Assembly: GCA_002189035.1 (NCBI GenBank) | Contig: CM007990.1 | Location: 1,116,001 to 1,180,000, forward strand | Direction of reading: 5' to 3' | Source: Utricularia gibba | Taxonomy: Eukaryota; Plantae; Magnoliophyta | Length of the DNA: 64,000 nt | Shown here: positions 34,440-48,000 of the stretch, one piece after another | How the letters are laid out: the number at the start of each line of letters is the position of its first letter | Position numbering within the stretch: the first letter of the stretch is position 1 | Notes under the pieces: generated by a model | What the model saw: the letters and a program-made list of their open reading frames with translations, nothing else | The model's database searches: none | What the model was told of the DNA's origin: nothing | Program-made: the position numbers and the translations under genes

Positions 34440-34750
34440 CTGGCGGCGTCCGTGAACTCATCGTCCCTGGAAAGCTTCCTCGTTTCTGTGGCGTTACAAT
34501 CTTCATGCTTCTTTGGTCACCATTGGGCCAATTACTCGTTTTTTGGCCCAATGGTGTGAATAATTGAACCATAGATGGGCTTCATGGAATTGATACATAA
34601 CCCAAAACTAGAGTCGGATACAGATTCAATCCGTTGGATAACAGATCATAAATCATCAACCGAATTCGAATTGAAGCCGGAACCCAATCGCATGGTTTTG
34701 CTTCGAAATTGGAATCATAAATTTTGAATCGAACCAAAACATAACCGTAA

Positions 34751-35001
34751 GACCTTGTTTGATATGAGGGTATAAGATTGATTTATAATAGGTTTAATAA
34801 AATTGTATTGTTTGGTATATAAGTATAATTATATTTTATATATGAATATAATAATTATGATATTTATATAAAACCTTCATAGATAAATATATGTATATCT
34901 AAGGGGAGATATAGGTATTTTTATACCTATATATTTGGATTTAGTTAAATTCAAATATTCTAAACCCAATAATACCTAAAACACATCAATCAAACAATGG
35001 C
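34751..35001. mobile_element. Tourist-like (PIF/Harbinger) MITE, about 250 bp
   Basis: TAA target-site duplication at 34748-34750 and 35002-35004; imperfect TIRs GACCTTGTTTGAT ... ATCAAACAATGGC (11/13 match); AT-rich interior. Confidence 0.65.
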
Positions 35002-36558
35002 TAAATGTGAAATTTTTTTCATACATCCACAGTACGCATGAACCGTTGTCGATGCCTAATAAAATACAATATTTTTTTATATTTTTTTCAGGTAATCATA
35101 ACAACTCTTACTAGTGTCCTGAAATGCTCCACAATATGACGACTTTTTTTCTAAACATACAACAACTTTTTTTACAGTTTTTTCAATTACTTGCAACGAC
35201 TCATATTGATACATCAAATAGATTGTTTATCAATTTTGAACTATCAGTTCTATCGATTCCAAAAATAATGAATCTGCTCGAAATAGTGCGGTTTCGATTC
35301 TGGAACCTAAACTATACAAAAAGTTAGAATTTTGAATCGAAACTGTGGTTTGAATCTATTACAACTCTAAGCCTAATTCATTTTAAACCATAAATTTTGA
35401 TCCATCTACATTAACTTTCAACTCGACTCATATCCATTATTTTTACAAATATGAATCATGAATTCAACCCTTCATCTGGTATCCTCGCCAACCTCTACCC
35501 AAAATTCACACCATTGGCCAGGCCAACAACTCTTCCAATGCAAAATAGTGTATAGACACCATGTTTTTGACTATAAGTTTGAGGTAATGTCTCTCTTTGG
35601 CACCTTCTTGTATTACCATTTCACACCACACGAGACTCAAACACGGCCCAGGCATCCAAAGAAATGGATTTTAGTATCGTAGATAAACCGGTAGTCTTGT
35701 TATTATGAATTGTGATTATTGAAATTAAGAATTTGATGAGTCAGGTTCACACATGTAAATCTAAAATATATAAAAATGTAAATAATATTAAAAAAATTAA
35801 ATTCAATTGATTATTAGTGATTTATAATTTTTAATATATTTGATTATTTTACTTTGAAATATCGATATAAAATTGATTGTTCTAATAAGAAACACTGATA
35901 CAGATGTTGAAAACAAGTAGCAGAACACAAAGCAAACACACACATGAAGGCTCTTGGGTGTGGATTGGGATGGACCACATCACATGCTTGTGAATTTCCC
36001 AAGCCAATGCGCAGCTTCCTTCTCTGAGTGGGCCTGCCCTGGCCCTGGAAACTGCAATGCCCACATCTCATGCATGGCCTCTCTGGAAATGCACCACTCT
36101 CTGTCCCTACCCTTTCAGCAGATAAGTGCAACTCAAAGCCTCTCTTAGATTTCCCACCAGGTCAAACTGATCCGCCATCCCTCCCGGAATGAGTAATCCA
36201 AGGAATTTGACAGAATTTGGTCGTATGTGTGAGCTGGGCTTGAAACCAAGGATTTGTGCAGATGGATTGTTGAATTGCCTTCTGTTATTACAATTCCAGC
36301 TACAGCTATGGCTTGTGATGCGGGATTAAGGCAACAGTTTATCTTGTCGTGTTCTTTGTATGGGTTTACAGGTGAACGCAGAATTACCAGAACTCCAAGG
36401 TTCTGCTTCTGATGCGTACGCTACACAAAATTACCAGAACGTGCGTTGAAGGAAGGGAGATGGATGGGATTGGATTGGATTGCGGGGCCAGGCATAAATG
36501 TCCGGTGGTCTGAAATCACGATACAGATATAGATATAGATACAGGGAAACCCTAGTTT

Positions 36559-38335
36559 CTATGATGGACGACCCAGAACGCCAGCAGCAGCACCGCTAGC
36601 TTCGTCCTCAATTATTCTGAGCATGTGATGCACAGCTGCAGCAATGGTGTCTGCTGAAGTCAATTGACACCCTTCTTCTACCTGCAGCAAGGATAACCAC
36701 AAAAACAAATGTAATACATCTAAGCATCTGTGTTGTTTTCAAGAATGCATTTTTAATCAATGAAAAGAACATATGCTTTTTGTTCTTTTTTACCCACCTC
36801 TATCCCACACCTAGAAAAAAAACCCTAAAGATTGAAGCTTTAAGCATAAAAAATATTTGTTCCTTTTTTCTCTCACGGCCCACCTCTTCTCTCACCTGGA
36901 AGATTGGATCTTTAATCACAAAGCCAAATACCCAGAAAGGTGTATGGGTTAAAATCCCAATTTTGGAAGAGATGCACATGGGGAGAGAGATCAACTGTTT
37001 AATCTCATCATACCCGAAACACCCTTTTGAAATCACCAGAAGAAAATGTAATGGCTATTGAGCAGAATCTACCCTTAACATTGGAGTACGTGCACACTGT
37101 AAGAGAAGAAGAAAAACAAAAACAGTAGTCTTTTGCATAGTTACGTCATTTTCCACAGTTTCTTCCTTTTCGTTTCAACAATATTCCAATTTGTAAACCT
37201 TACCTCAGATCTACCGTTTCTCAGGCGACGATGAAATAAACAGTAACACGAATAGCAGCAGTAGAGGCTTTACCTTTGCGCTGATGGAGTACAATGCGAC
37301 GGAATCCGTAGTGGTAACATTGAGATGCAGAACCGAAAGCGAGACGACGTGAAAGGCAAGAACAAGTTTCGAAAGCAGACGAATTCGCCGCCGTGAGAGG
37401 ATTCTGATGTTCGCGTGGGTTTCGATTAGCGTGACCTCGATATCGGCGACCGCAGCTTTGCTCTGAGACGTGTATTTGTTGTTCCCCAGTTGGCTGAATT
37501 GCGGGTAGACGAAGAATTGTGAAAAGGGGCCGGAGTCCGCAGCAGATCCTTCGACGCCGTTGCTCCGGCCGGCGGCGAACTTTTTGGCTTCGAGGGATTG
37601 GAGAATGTGCTCCAGTTCCTTCACGAAATCAATCGCTCCCCGACAATGGAAGCCTGGTCCCCCTGCAAGAAACACTCACGCTTTCAGAACTTCGAAAATT
37701 GACAGTAACAGATCTTCAATATGCTGCGTCCCCACCTCGCCTTTTTGTTATCACCACAAGCACTAAAGAAAAAATGAGAACTTGATTTGGGGAACGATGA
37801 AAGGTTCGATCTTCAACGTTTCCCCCAAAGGGAGATTACGAAACATGGAATGAAATTAAATCTCTTTCTCCCTCCGGCTAAAAGAGGGAATGATTAACCA
37901 GACCTTAGAGAATGATTGGTTGGTTGCAGTTGGAAGAGAACAAGTTCCACAGACATCCCGGGAGCAATCATTTGCATTTAATGCTCTAAAGAACAGAACT
38001 TGTTCACACTTACTTACCCTCTGAGCGTAGGATTCAGGCATAAGAGAACGAAGCACAGAGAGATGCTCATTCATTTGCTTACGCCGGTGCCGCTCAACGG
38101 CAATGTGGGTCATTCTCTGCGTCTCCGCCTCCTCCTTGTTCTTACACACCTTGGGCCTCCGCCGTCTCTTCTTCCTGCCGGGGACCTGATCCGGCTGCTG
38201 CTCCTGCGGTGGATGATGAACACTGTTATTACTATTAACAGTATTATTATTATTCAGGAGCTCCGGGGGCTGGAGATGCGCATCATAGAGGATGTAATTG
38301 AAGAGCTCCGCCGAGGAGAGAGCTTCGAGAGCCAT
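36559..38335 (-). CDS. bHLH71: bHLH subgroup Ia (FAMA-related) transcription factor, bHLH71-like, 3 exons
   Basis: [53 protein letters not shown](G)[30 protein letters not shown] and last exon [21 protein letters not shown]. One apparent -1 frameshift at the C-run 37638-37641. Confidence 0.88.
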
Positions 38336-41300
38336 GGAAACGAAAGCGCTTAAGAAGAGAGAAGCAGGCGAAGAAAGTGATAAAAGGGGTATTGACTTGG
38401 GGGGATTATAAAGGCAAAAATCATGGCTTGTAGTTGTCTGGTTGTTGTTGAACCTTTCTGAGAGGAAGAGGAGTTGACGAGGGAGAGGCAGAAGCAGAGG
38501 GCCTGGCCTGGCCTGACCTGACCCTCACCCTCAGATGGTGTAGCTTTTAGCCCCATCTTTTCCACTCTTTTCCCACTTTTTCAATCCCCACCCTCTCAGT
38601 TCATTCTTCTAAATTCATCAATGCTAACCATAGTAATCATATACTCTTCTATTTTGAAGACAAAATGGGATAGTTTGAGAGAAGCAAACTACATGTTATC
38701 AAACTCCTTAGTTAAGCCTTTGTCATCATCACGTGGGGTTATATTAGTACGATTATATATGAAATTTAAGTATATAATAAATATAAAATGTATTAAAAAT
38801 ATTAAATTCAACTGATTAATATTTACCTAAAATTTCTTATATACTTGATTATATTATATTAATTCGGTTGATAATTAATTTTTTATTATAATAATTAGTG
38901 TTCTAGTTATAAATTGATTTAATTTATTTAATACATCATCTTCTATTTTTAACCTAAATTCATACTAGCATGAAATCCATGTTGGTCACTTAAGCTTTGC
39001 CTAAAGTAAATATTGTGATACAATATTAGAATTAAGATTTCGATGAATCTAATAAATACATAATAAATATGAATCATATTATAAATATTAAATTCAATCG
39101 ATTATTATTGATTTATAATCTATCATATGTGCAATCATCCTACTTATGCTCTACATGTATGATAAGCTTGCACTTTAACCTACACATCAACATCCTGAAT
39201 TCCTGAACAGGGGAGAGCATTCCATATTTGATATGGATAATACACTTTGTTACATGATATCTAATACTAAATTATTTCAAACACTAGATACTAATCACAT
39301 ACTAACATTTTTTTCGATCTAAATCTGTAAATACAAAGTTGTTTAAACGATCGAATATCAATTTAGATCGGTATTTGACATTGCATACTATATCTCACTC
39401 ATTTGAAGATGGAGATAAGATAGAAATGTGTTAGTGGGCTTACTCTAAGTCTAATATAAATATTTAAGATAAAGTTTATAAATTGAAATATATTAAAAAT
39501 AATGTTAAATATAGAATGAAATATCAAATAATTATAAATTTAAATAGCAATATCACCCCTAAATGGGTCCAACCCATTATTTTAAAACCTAGGGTTTGAT
39601 TGGATTAAACTCATTATTTTTTATGTGCAATTCAATAATTTTTATAAAAAAATTAAAAAATATGAACTACTAAATATATACATTTATTTTAATTTTTTTT
39701 AATAAAATTTGTGTACCGCGAGGCAATATTGTAATAATTTAAAAATAAAAAAAACAGCTTCCGCATTTTCCCAAGAATGAGATGCCGATTTCCCAATTTC
39801 GAGGTGCAGAGGGGGGATTTATAAATTAATATAAAAGTTGGGTTTCGAATAAAATAATGTTTTTTATATAATATTTAACTAATACGTAAAAAATGGGCAA
39901 GGATAAGTTTAAATATACCTATTTTAATGAAATTAAATACAATTATTTAGAAATGGAGTTTATTTATGTTCATCAATCAGGAAATATAAGAATAAAAAAA
40001 CTTCCAGAAACGTCGAATTATTCATGTCACAATATTTAAATAAATATAATTTATGTTTTTTTAAAGAAATAAATTAATTTAATTGACATCCATTCCATCC
40101 ATCACCACCCGTCATTACCAAATCTAATCATGTTTCCGAGGGACAACGTGGACAAGTGTCTGAGAATGGGGAAGACCGGGTCCCACATGGATCTTGGAAG
40201 CATGGAAAAAGAACGGGGGGAGCAAGCTGTCCAGTTGCATGCATTCGCAGGGCAGCCCCTCCTCTTCCTCCTTTTTACTTTTTGGCCCCTCCATTTTCGT
40301 CATATTCCTAGGCCCCACCCTCCACGCTCCCCGGTGGCGCGTTTGCCTCACACACCAGGCCCAGGTAATTAATTACCGTTTCTGAGGATGCATCAACGTT
40401 GCCCATGGAATCACTTTTACCCACCCTTTTTGACTGGTCTTTTCAAAACAACACAGGGGATTTCATGGGAGCGGAGGAGAGTGGACGGCGAGGAGATTTC
40501 AAATGTGAAATGAGTGTCGGTTTTTACCGCAGGTAAAAAAATATGTTCTTTCACGTGGGACGATGCTCTCTCATGGATACCCGTTTCCTGCACGAAACGA
40601 AACCCATCACATCTCCTCTTCCTCCTCCCGTTGTTTCACCAAAGAGCGCGAAAAGGAGAAGGAAGACCGGGTTCGGATCGATGCTCCGTCTGAAATGGAT
40701 CTGCTTAACGTGGGTTTGCGCGCTATACGCCACGCCTCCCGATGCTCTCATCGCCATCATTGCATGTGTTGACCATCCCCTCCACAAGACAATCATGCTT
40801 TTCAAGATCACACACATTTTTTGGTTGTCGGAAAACAGAGAGTAGCATTATAGGAGACGGGAGATATAATGTAATTTGGTGAAATTAATCATTTTGTGTT
40901 TTATATTTACAGAATACGTATTTATATTTTTGTGAAAGTTTGGAAAAATACATTTTTCATGTATTTCTGTTTTTTTTATTTTTGTTTTGTTTAAGATCGA
41001 TGTAAAATAATGTTTTGTATCGATTGTAAATAAATTATACATTCAACTCAAAACTAATATTTTAAAAACAAGATCGAACATTGAAACATATTTTATACAA
41101 TTTAAAACATCTAATTCTCATCGCTTTATTTTATTCTAGATAAGTTTGGTGTGTGTAATTGTATATGCATTTTTTGTCATTAATTACATTTCGTAAATAA
41201 AAATAGTATATGAAAGACGTATTTTACAATACGAAAATATAAAATGGTGTATTTCACCAACTCGATCCAAAACGATGTATTTTACAAATTAAAAATATAA

Positions 41301-41841
41301 AATGATGTATTCCATCAAATTTTGTAACATATACCCCTGGGTATTGGATTGGACCCTCCCTCGGACACTAAATGCGCCTGAAGAACGGAATAAAATCTAA
41401 GCAAAACTCCTCCCCACCCGCCCAAGTGAATCCGAGGCCCCAGCCCCATCATTTTTTGTGCTTATTAATGGCGATTTATATCTTTATGCGATGGGGAACC
41501 CCACTGCGTTTGACTTGCTATTGTGGAACTGGAGGCGTTTCCATGAGGACAAGAGAGTAGTGTTAAAGATGTTCTTGCCTTGCTGCTACTCTTGCACTGT
41601 GTCTCGTTGATTTAAATCAATCGGACACACACATGGCCGACCGGTTTTTGCTGTATTTTTTTTTATATATATTTGTTGAAATATTTGGACCGGACAGAGG
41701 CGCATGGGCACTCAACTTTCTTCTTTTTGTCTCTTTGTTGGAGTCGAGACGTAGATCCAGTCATGGTAGTGTGAACCCGGCCCGCACCCCAATTCAGAAT
41801 GGTGTTCCCATGATGCATCAGAACCCTCTCAGATTAGATAA

Positions 41842-42560
41842 TGTTGATTTGAGAGAAGAGAAGAGTTTTCAGAATCAGAAAGTATGTTATTTTATCAATT
41901 TATATAGATATAAGTGAATTTAAATCTAAATAATGAATCTTGCAAATTTAATCTAATCTTAATTCTCGTATATTTACATATTTCTGATATCTACATATAT
42001 TTCGTCGATATGCTTGTTATTCTCAACACTCCCCTTCAAGTTGGTGTATGTATGTTTCAAACACCAAATTTGCCTAAAAGATTATGAAGCAAATTACGTC
42101 TCAATGCTTTTGTAAACATGTCATCAATTTGATTTTCAGAACAAATGTGAGTATCAGGCACTAGACCGTTTTTTTATCGCATCATAGACAAAGTAATAAT
42201 CAACTTTAATGTGTGGTGCGTTCATGAAACACCGTATTAGTGAAGATATAAATAACCACATGATTATCACAATAAACTGGAATAATCTTTGCATTTTATA
42301 CATCAAAATCAGCAAATAACATTGTAACCCACTTCAATTCACATACCATCATCCCCATAGTTAGATACTCAATTTCGGGAGAAGAACGAGAAGCTGGAAG
42401 TTGTTTCTTTGTTTTTCAGGAGATAATAGAACATCCATGTGGGTGAGAGGACAACTTCTGTAATCAGAATCATAGTAAACTTTCAATCCACATAGCTTTG
42501 AAAAGAAACCATTGTTCCCAACATCCTTTTAAGTACTGCAGAACACGTAACACTGCTCAC
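41842..42560 (-). mobile_element. Decayed Ty1/copia retrotransposon 3' end: RNase H remnant, PPT and 187-bp LTR
   Basis: Minus-strand translation gives YCDN...VFHERTTHIKVDYYFV...QIDDMFTKAL...KFGV.NIHTPT with stops and frameshifts. Polypurine tract TGAAGGGGAG at 42029-42038; LTR 41842-42028 bounded by TGTTGA...TCAACA. Confidence 0.85.
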
Positions 42561-42845
42561 CAAACAGTATAGCTGTATCACTCGTTCGTGTTCTAGTAGG
42601 TTCTAGTTTGGATTGTTTGTTTGGGTTGTCCTAATCTGATTCGGCTACACCGGGAGTGGATTGAAGCAAAGCTACTCCAACAAAGTGAAACAGTGAAGCA
42701 TGAATTAACACAAGGCAGTCACAGGAATGCTGATCAACAAACTAAATCACAGAGCTGTTTCGCCATCTCCACGAACTGGCACCTGCTTCCCTCCCCTTCA
42801 AGTTCACAGCACAGAGCTGTTCTTCTCTTGCTTTTGCTTGTTTTT

Positions 42846-45023
42846 TCAAGCATCTGCAGTCCAGTAAGTTTTCGTTGCAAGAAGGATCTTTTCCGGGTTA
42901 AATGGACCCGTCTCGTGATCAACTATTCTGCTCTCCCATCTCATTCCATCTGTAATGCTCTTCACCTTCACCAACACTTCCACCATGTCCCTGAATATAA
43001 CCGTCCCCTCGGGGCGCAGGATTCGATCCATCTCGAGCAAAATGAATGCAATGTCACACCTTTAACCAGGAATGCGTAAAGTAAGCACCGGAACGTGGAA
43101 GGAAACTGATCTGTGATTCTGAGACTTACCTGTCCTGATACATGGTGAATACTCCATCCGCATGAATGAGATCATATGTTCTTGGATACGTAGAAAAGGC
43201 TTCGCACCAGTCCTGGTATGTGCCGATGAAGCCTCGCTCGTATATCAGTCCCAGCATTTCTGGATTCAGATGTGCAGGCACTGCATTCATGACCCACACA
43301 GGGAGCTTGTGCAGGGCTGCTGCAAATCCTCCCAAGTTCGCGTTCATGTCCATTACATTGCGGTAGAGTCCGCGGGGGAGCTGATTAACAAGCCGGGAGT
43401 AGTACGCGACTCGCTCCTTCCACAAAGCATTGTCATCCTGGAACTTCTTGGCAGTAATGTCGGCAACTGAACCAGTGAGGATTCTTGCTGGAACCTCAAA
43501 TGCACGATCCGGCCATTTCTTTAGTGCCCCTCCTCCAGCTACCTCACTGTCCTGGCCTACCTCCGGCAGCGGTGTTATGCAAGGTTCCAGGTCTTTGTAC
43601 CTGAGAATGGAAGGCTTGGTGATCTGTAAACCACAAGTTTATGGGAAAGTGCAGGTCTGTACCATGCTGCATCCGCTTGGCTCGATTTGCAGAGAGGTGG
43701 TTCAGGGAAGATGTCTTTGATCTTGTGGCACTCGATATGGTTCACAGGTTTCTGCCAAATTGCAAGGTCACCCTTTTCGACAACTTTTCTCCAGCAAAGT
43801 CTTTTTGCTACATCTTCAATTGCATCTTGCTCCTTTTTTAAATCCTCCCGAGTTCTCTCCCAGCCCTTCCAGTGCCTCTTCCACTGGATTGGAGGACCGG
43901 AGAGTATCCAGTAGCCGCCCGGCCGGAGAACGCGATCGACTTCGGCAAGATAAAGCCCACCTGCCGGAAACCAGACAGATCATGAAAATATGGTAAGCGG
44001 ATCAGATGGTATGCGTGGGACATCTCATCGTCTTACCGTAATCAAACCAACGGATCAGGCAACGAGAGCAGTGAGCAATGTCGAATGCTCTAGCTGGATA
44101 CGGGAGCCTCTGGGATGCAAGAACACCAATCATTGCTGGAACACCTCGTTCCAGGGCAAACCATACCTGAGCCTCGTGGGTGTCTCGAGGAGCAAACGAC
44201 ATAGCTATGACGTTTCTCTTCAGCAAGTAAGTTCCCCAACTAGCAACCTGAAAGCCAGCAGATCAGGTGTTCAGAATACATGCGATTATCTGGAATTTAG
44301 CTGGAAAAATAACAACCATGAAGCAAGAATCCTTACACCACAGCCTGTGTCAAGAGCAGTTCGGATAGTTCCATCAGTGAGAGGGATGAGGGCATTGATG
44401 TCATCAATATAAGCATCAGCTCCACGAGGAAACATGGTGCCACCCCCTGGAAATTTAAAGCGATCTCCATGAACTTGGATCCAATTCTGACCAGCCTTCT
44501 CGATACTGAGCTCTTTGTGAGGAATGTTGGCATACCAGGCATAGTTAGCGCTTTCTGGCCACTTGAAAGGCTGTTTATAGTTAGGAGGGGCTGGAATCAG
44601 GCACCGAAGAAGCTCCTCTGTTTTGGGACAATGCCTTTCTCTGTACTTCAACATAGTACGAGGAAATTTTCGACTTCGATCTGGATCTTGGCATGGAGTA
44701 TATTCACTATACTTCATATCACAAGCTGGAAAATTTACAACTTCTTCGGAATTGTTGACTACCAACTGATGATGGCTTTCAAAATCCAGCGTATCAGAGA
44801 TGGTGGAGGGTGATGACTGTGTTTCAAGACTCGGTTTCTTATTCCCAGAGAAGGTATTTTCGCAGATAACTTTGGATGGAGCTGCTGATGGATTGGAATT
44901 TCTACTCTGCCAAGCCCCAAAAGCATAGAACAAAATGCACAAACCGCTCACTCCTAGAACCATAGTAAGACGTTTTCTCTTCATATCCGGTGATTGAGGC
45001 TTTGGGGAGCCCTCCTTCCCCAT
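42846..45023 (-). CDS. PMT18: Probable Golgi SAM-dependent methyltransferase (DUF248/PMT family), PMT17/18-like, 5 exons
   Basis: Type II TM ([25 protein letters not shown]), [39 protein letters not shown]|[21 protein letters not shown] and [10 protein letters not shown]; 5' UTR intron acceptor at about 45030. Confidence 0.93.
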
Positions 45024-48000
45024 TTAAGCCTGCAAACAAGAATCCCTACAGACGTGAAAAAAAAAGCAACGAAATTCAACACAAAAAGCAAGGATCTAGA
45101 AGAGTTCAATCGAGCAACGTATAGAATGAAACTTTTTATGCTCTACTCATCACTTGAAAGAAGATTCAGTGTGAAAGCTCTGCATCCTCGATCAAATTTA
45201 TGTTAAAGATCCAAGTAAAAGAGTCTGTATCAAAAACCCATATGAACCGAGATCTGCGGAGGACATCTTTTGTACCTCAGAGTAAGGAGGAAACAAGTGG
45301 ATCTTTCCAGAATCTAAGGATGATCCGAAACAAGAACCTGGAAAATCAGAAAAATGAAAGTTCTTGAGAAAATCACTGAAGCCAACCAAAAGGGGGAATG
45401 CCATTTCAAGTACCAAAAGACAACAAACAGATAAAGCCATCCCCAGATAAAAACAACTCAAATCTTACATCAGAGCGAATAGAAAAATGGGATTTTTGTT
45501 TTCCGCAAAAGCAACCAAAGGAAGCAGATGAGGATACAGGTATCAGTAGAAGAATATCAAGCTTCTCCACCTTTTGTACAACCACACCTACCCCAACGTC
45601 GCTAAAAAACCCCACTACTGAACCAAAACACGTCTACAAAGGTTGCTCATTGCAACGAAAAAAGAAAGAAGCCTAGGCAGGAAGCGCAAACAAGTGATTC
45701 CTCACTCACAACTCACCAGTTTCCCGATAAAGGGGGTCTCACCTTTCTCTGGAAGTCACGAATGGCCACTGATTGCGTGCGGGCTGCTTGCTTTCCCCAA
45801 ACCCAACACACAAAAACGTTCACGAGTTCAGGGAATAGGGAGATTGATGCAGGAAAGTGTATGGTCAATTAAATGCCATAAATGAAAGAAAGGCCTGAGA
45901 CTCCCCATCGTTTTGAGCTATGGGGACATTTGGGTCGGTGGTCATCCAGACCATTCATGACAACACGCTTCCTTAATCCTCCTTACACCGTAGTTACCAG
46001 TGTCTTTTCTCTTTCATTCTATTATTTACCTTAGCCTTTTCTTCTAGAATGAATTTGAATTTCATTTGGGAAGAATGCTTTTAGTTCGAAATTTCTTAAT
46101 TTATATATTATTTTAAATAATTATAAAAATAATGAGTCGTTTTCATGATCCTGGTGGTTAACTATCATTGAAATCATGATTAAATAGTTTTTTTTAAAAA
46201 AAAATATATGAGGTGAGGGGGCCTAGTGAGGGTGAGAACATTGATAAGAAATAGTATGCTTTATTTATTGATATTATACATTTTGATCATTTAATTCTTA
46301 TAATTTTATGGTTAATTTTTTAATAGAAAAATCCTTATACAAAATAATATGGATTCCTTTATTTAAATATATCTGCTTTACTATTCCTAACCAATGTAAG
46401 ATATCATTATTAAGTACCTAATTTCATATTACTCCTCATTTAGATATTCAACGTTGTTGTTGATTACCCTCTTGTCCTATCATGATGCATGCACCCTGAG
46501 TTTTGATGTGATATCAAATATCATAATTGGATATTATCTGCTTTCTACATCCAATCATTATAGTTTTACGTTTTAGTCTTATGAAGAAAAACAATTATAC
46601 AAGATTATAAATGTCTTTCTATATAAAAACATTTATTTCCTCATCTATAATTAATATGATATACTATTACTAAGTCTCCTCACCTTATCCTACATATGAT
46701 TGAGTTTGGTTTTGATATTTTTTTAAAATAAACATTAAATAATGATTTGGAATTGTGATCTAACTATGATTGAGATATAATTCATTTTTTATTATAAAAT
46801 AATTTAAATTTAATTCAACCTATATCATAAACAATTCATGATGTAAAATGATTCAACCATGATTTTTAAAACATTGAATTTATGTCATTCGTTTTTTTTA
46901 TGTCTAGTGCTTGAACAATTTTCCATTTCCTTGAATAATAATAATAATAATAATTCTTATTTATTCCATTGAAAAATCCTGAAATAAATTATATGTTTTT
47001 TTATTAATTTGAGCGAGGTGAAGGTGAAGGGTCAGGGGGGCAAAGCCTTGAATGAAAGAGAGGATGGACCGACGGAAGTGGGACCACTTTATTTTATTCC
47101 AAAAAACAAAATAAATAAATAAATAATACAAGAGGAATAAATGTTCCCATTTTCATGGCCCACCTTCTTCCCCTAAAAAAACAACAAAATTGTAGGTCGG
47201 TAGTAATGGAACCCAGCTGCCAAAATGGGCTTTCTATTAGTGGGCCATAAAAATGGGTCAGCAGTACTACCACCCACAAGTGTCGGCCCAGAAAGTGAAC
47301 CGAATAGGCTTTGGCCCGTTGGGCTTCCATAATGTGAACCGCAAAATCATGAGGATCTCTCAATAAGGACATCATTGCTTAAAGTAAGGATAGGATTTGC
47401 AGGTTGAATAATTTTTGAGTATGTGCCCATCCATAAAATTGAACAAGATTTTAAATAAAGTATAAATTTTAATTAAAAAAATTAACTTTTAATTTTTTTA
47501 AGGGTGAGTCAGGGCTTACCCTCTCCACTATGAATAAATACATTTAAAAATTAGATCTAATCAATTATAAGTGATTCATAAATCTTGTACTGTCTCCATT
47601 GTGAAGGAAGCCTTGGACTTGTTCGTATTTAGTGGATTTTAATCTATAATATGAATAGAAATATTTATAGTTTTTTTTCATTGTATAGATCATGGAAATA
47701 TGTGTTCATTCTTCTTTCTAGTAAAAACAAATTTGGCCCCAAAAAACTACATGGATTGAATAAAAAATTATTTAGAGTTCGTTTGATAATAGAATATTAA
47801 TATATTTAAGTATAGTTTAATTATATGTATATATACTCAATTGTATATAATAGTTGATACTCGATAATAGAAATTCGAGTATGTGATTAATATAAATATA
47901 ATTAGCCTCCTCCCTCCTTCATTTGTATATATCATATTTATGCTCAAAAAATGAATATGTAAATAATATAACTATACAAAACTGATATATAATTGATTAT

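Noticed and set aside
35844-36450. Short ORFs and plus-strand acceptor-like sites downstream of bHLH71
   Set aside because: No recognisable protein similarity; best explained as 3' UTR or flank without expression data.
37643-37662. GGACCAGGCTTCCATT resembling miR165/166
   Set aside because: It is the codon sequence of conserved GDQASI inside bHLH71 exon 2, in the same sense as the miRNA, with no hairpin partner seen.
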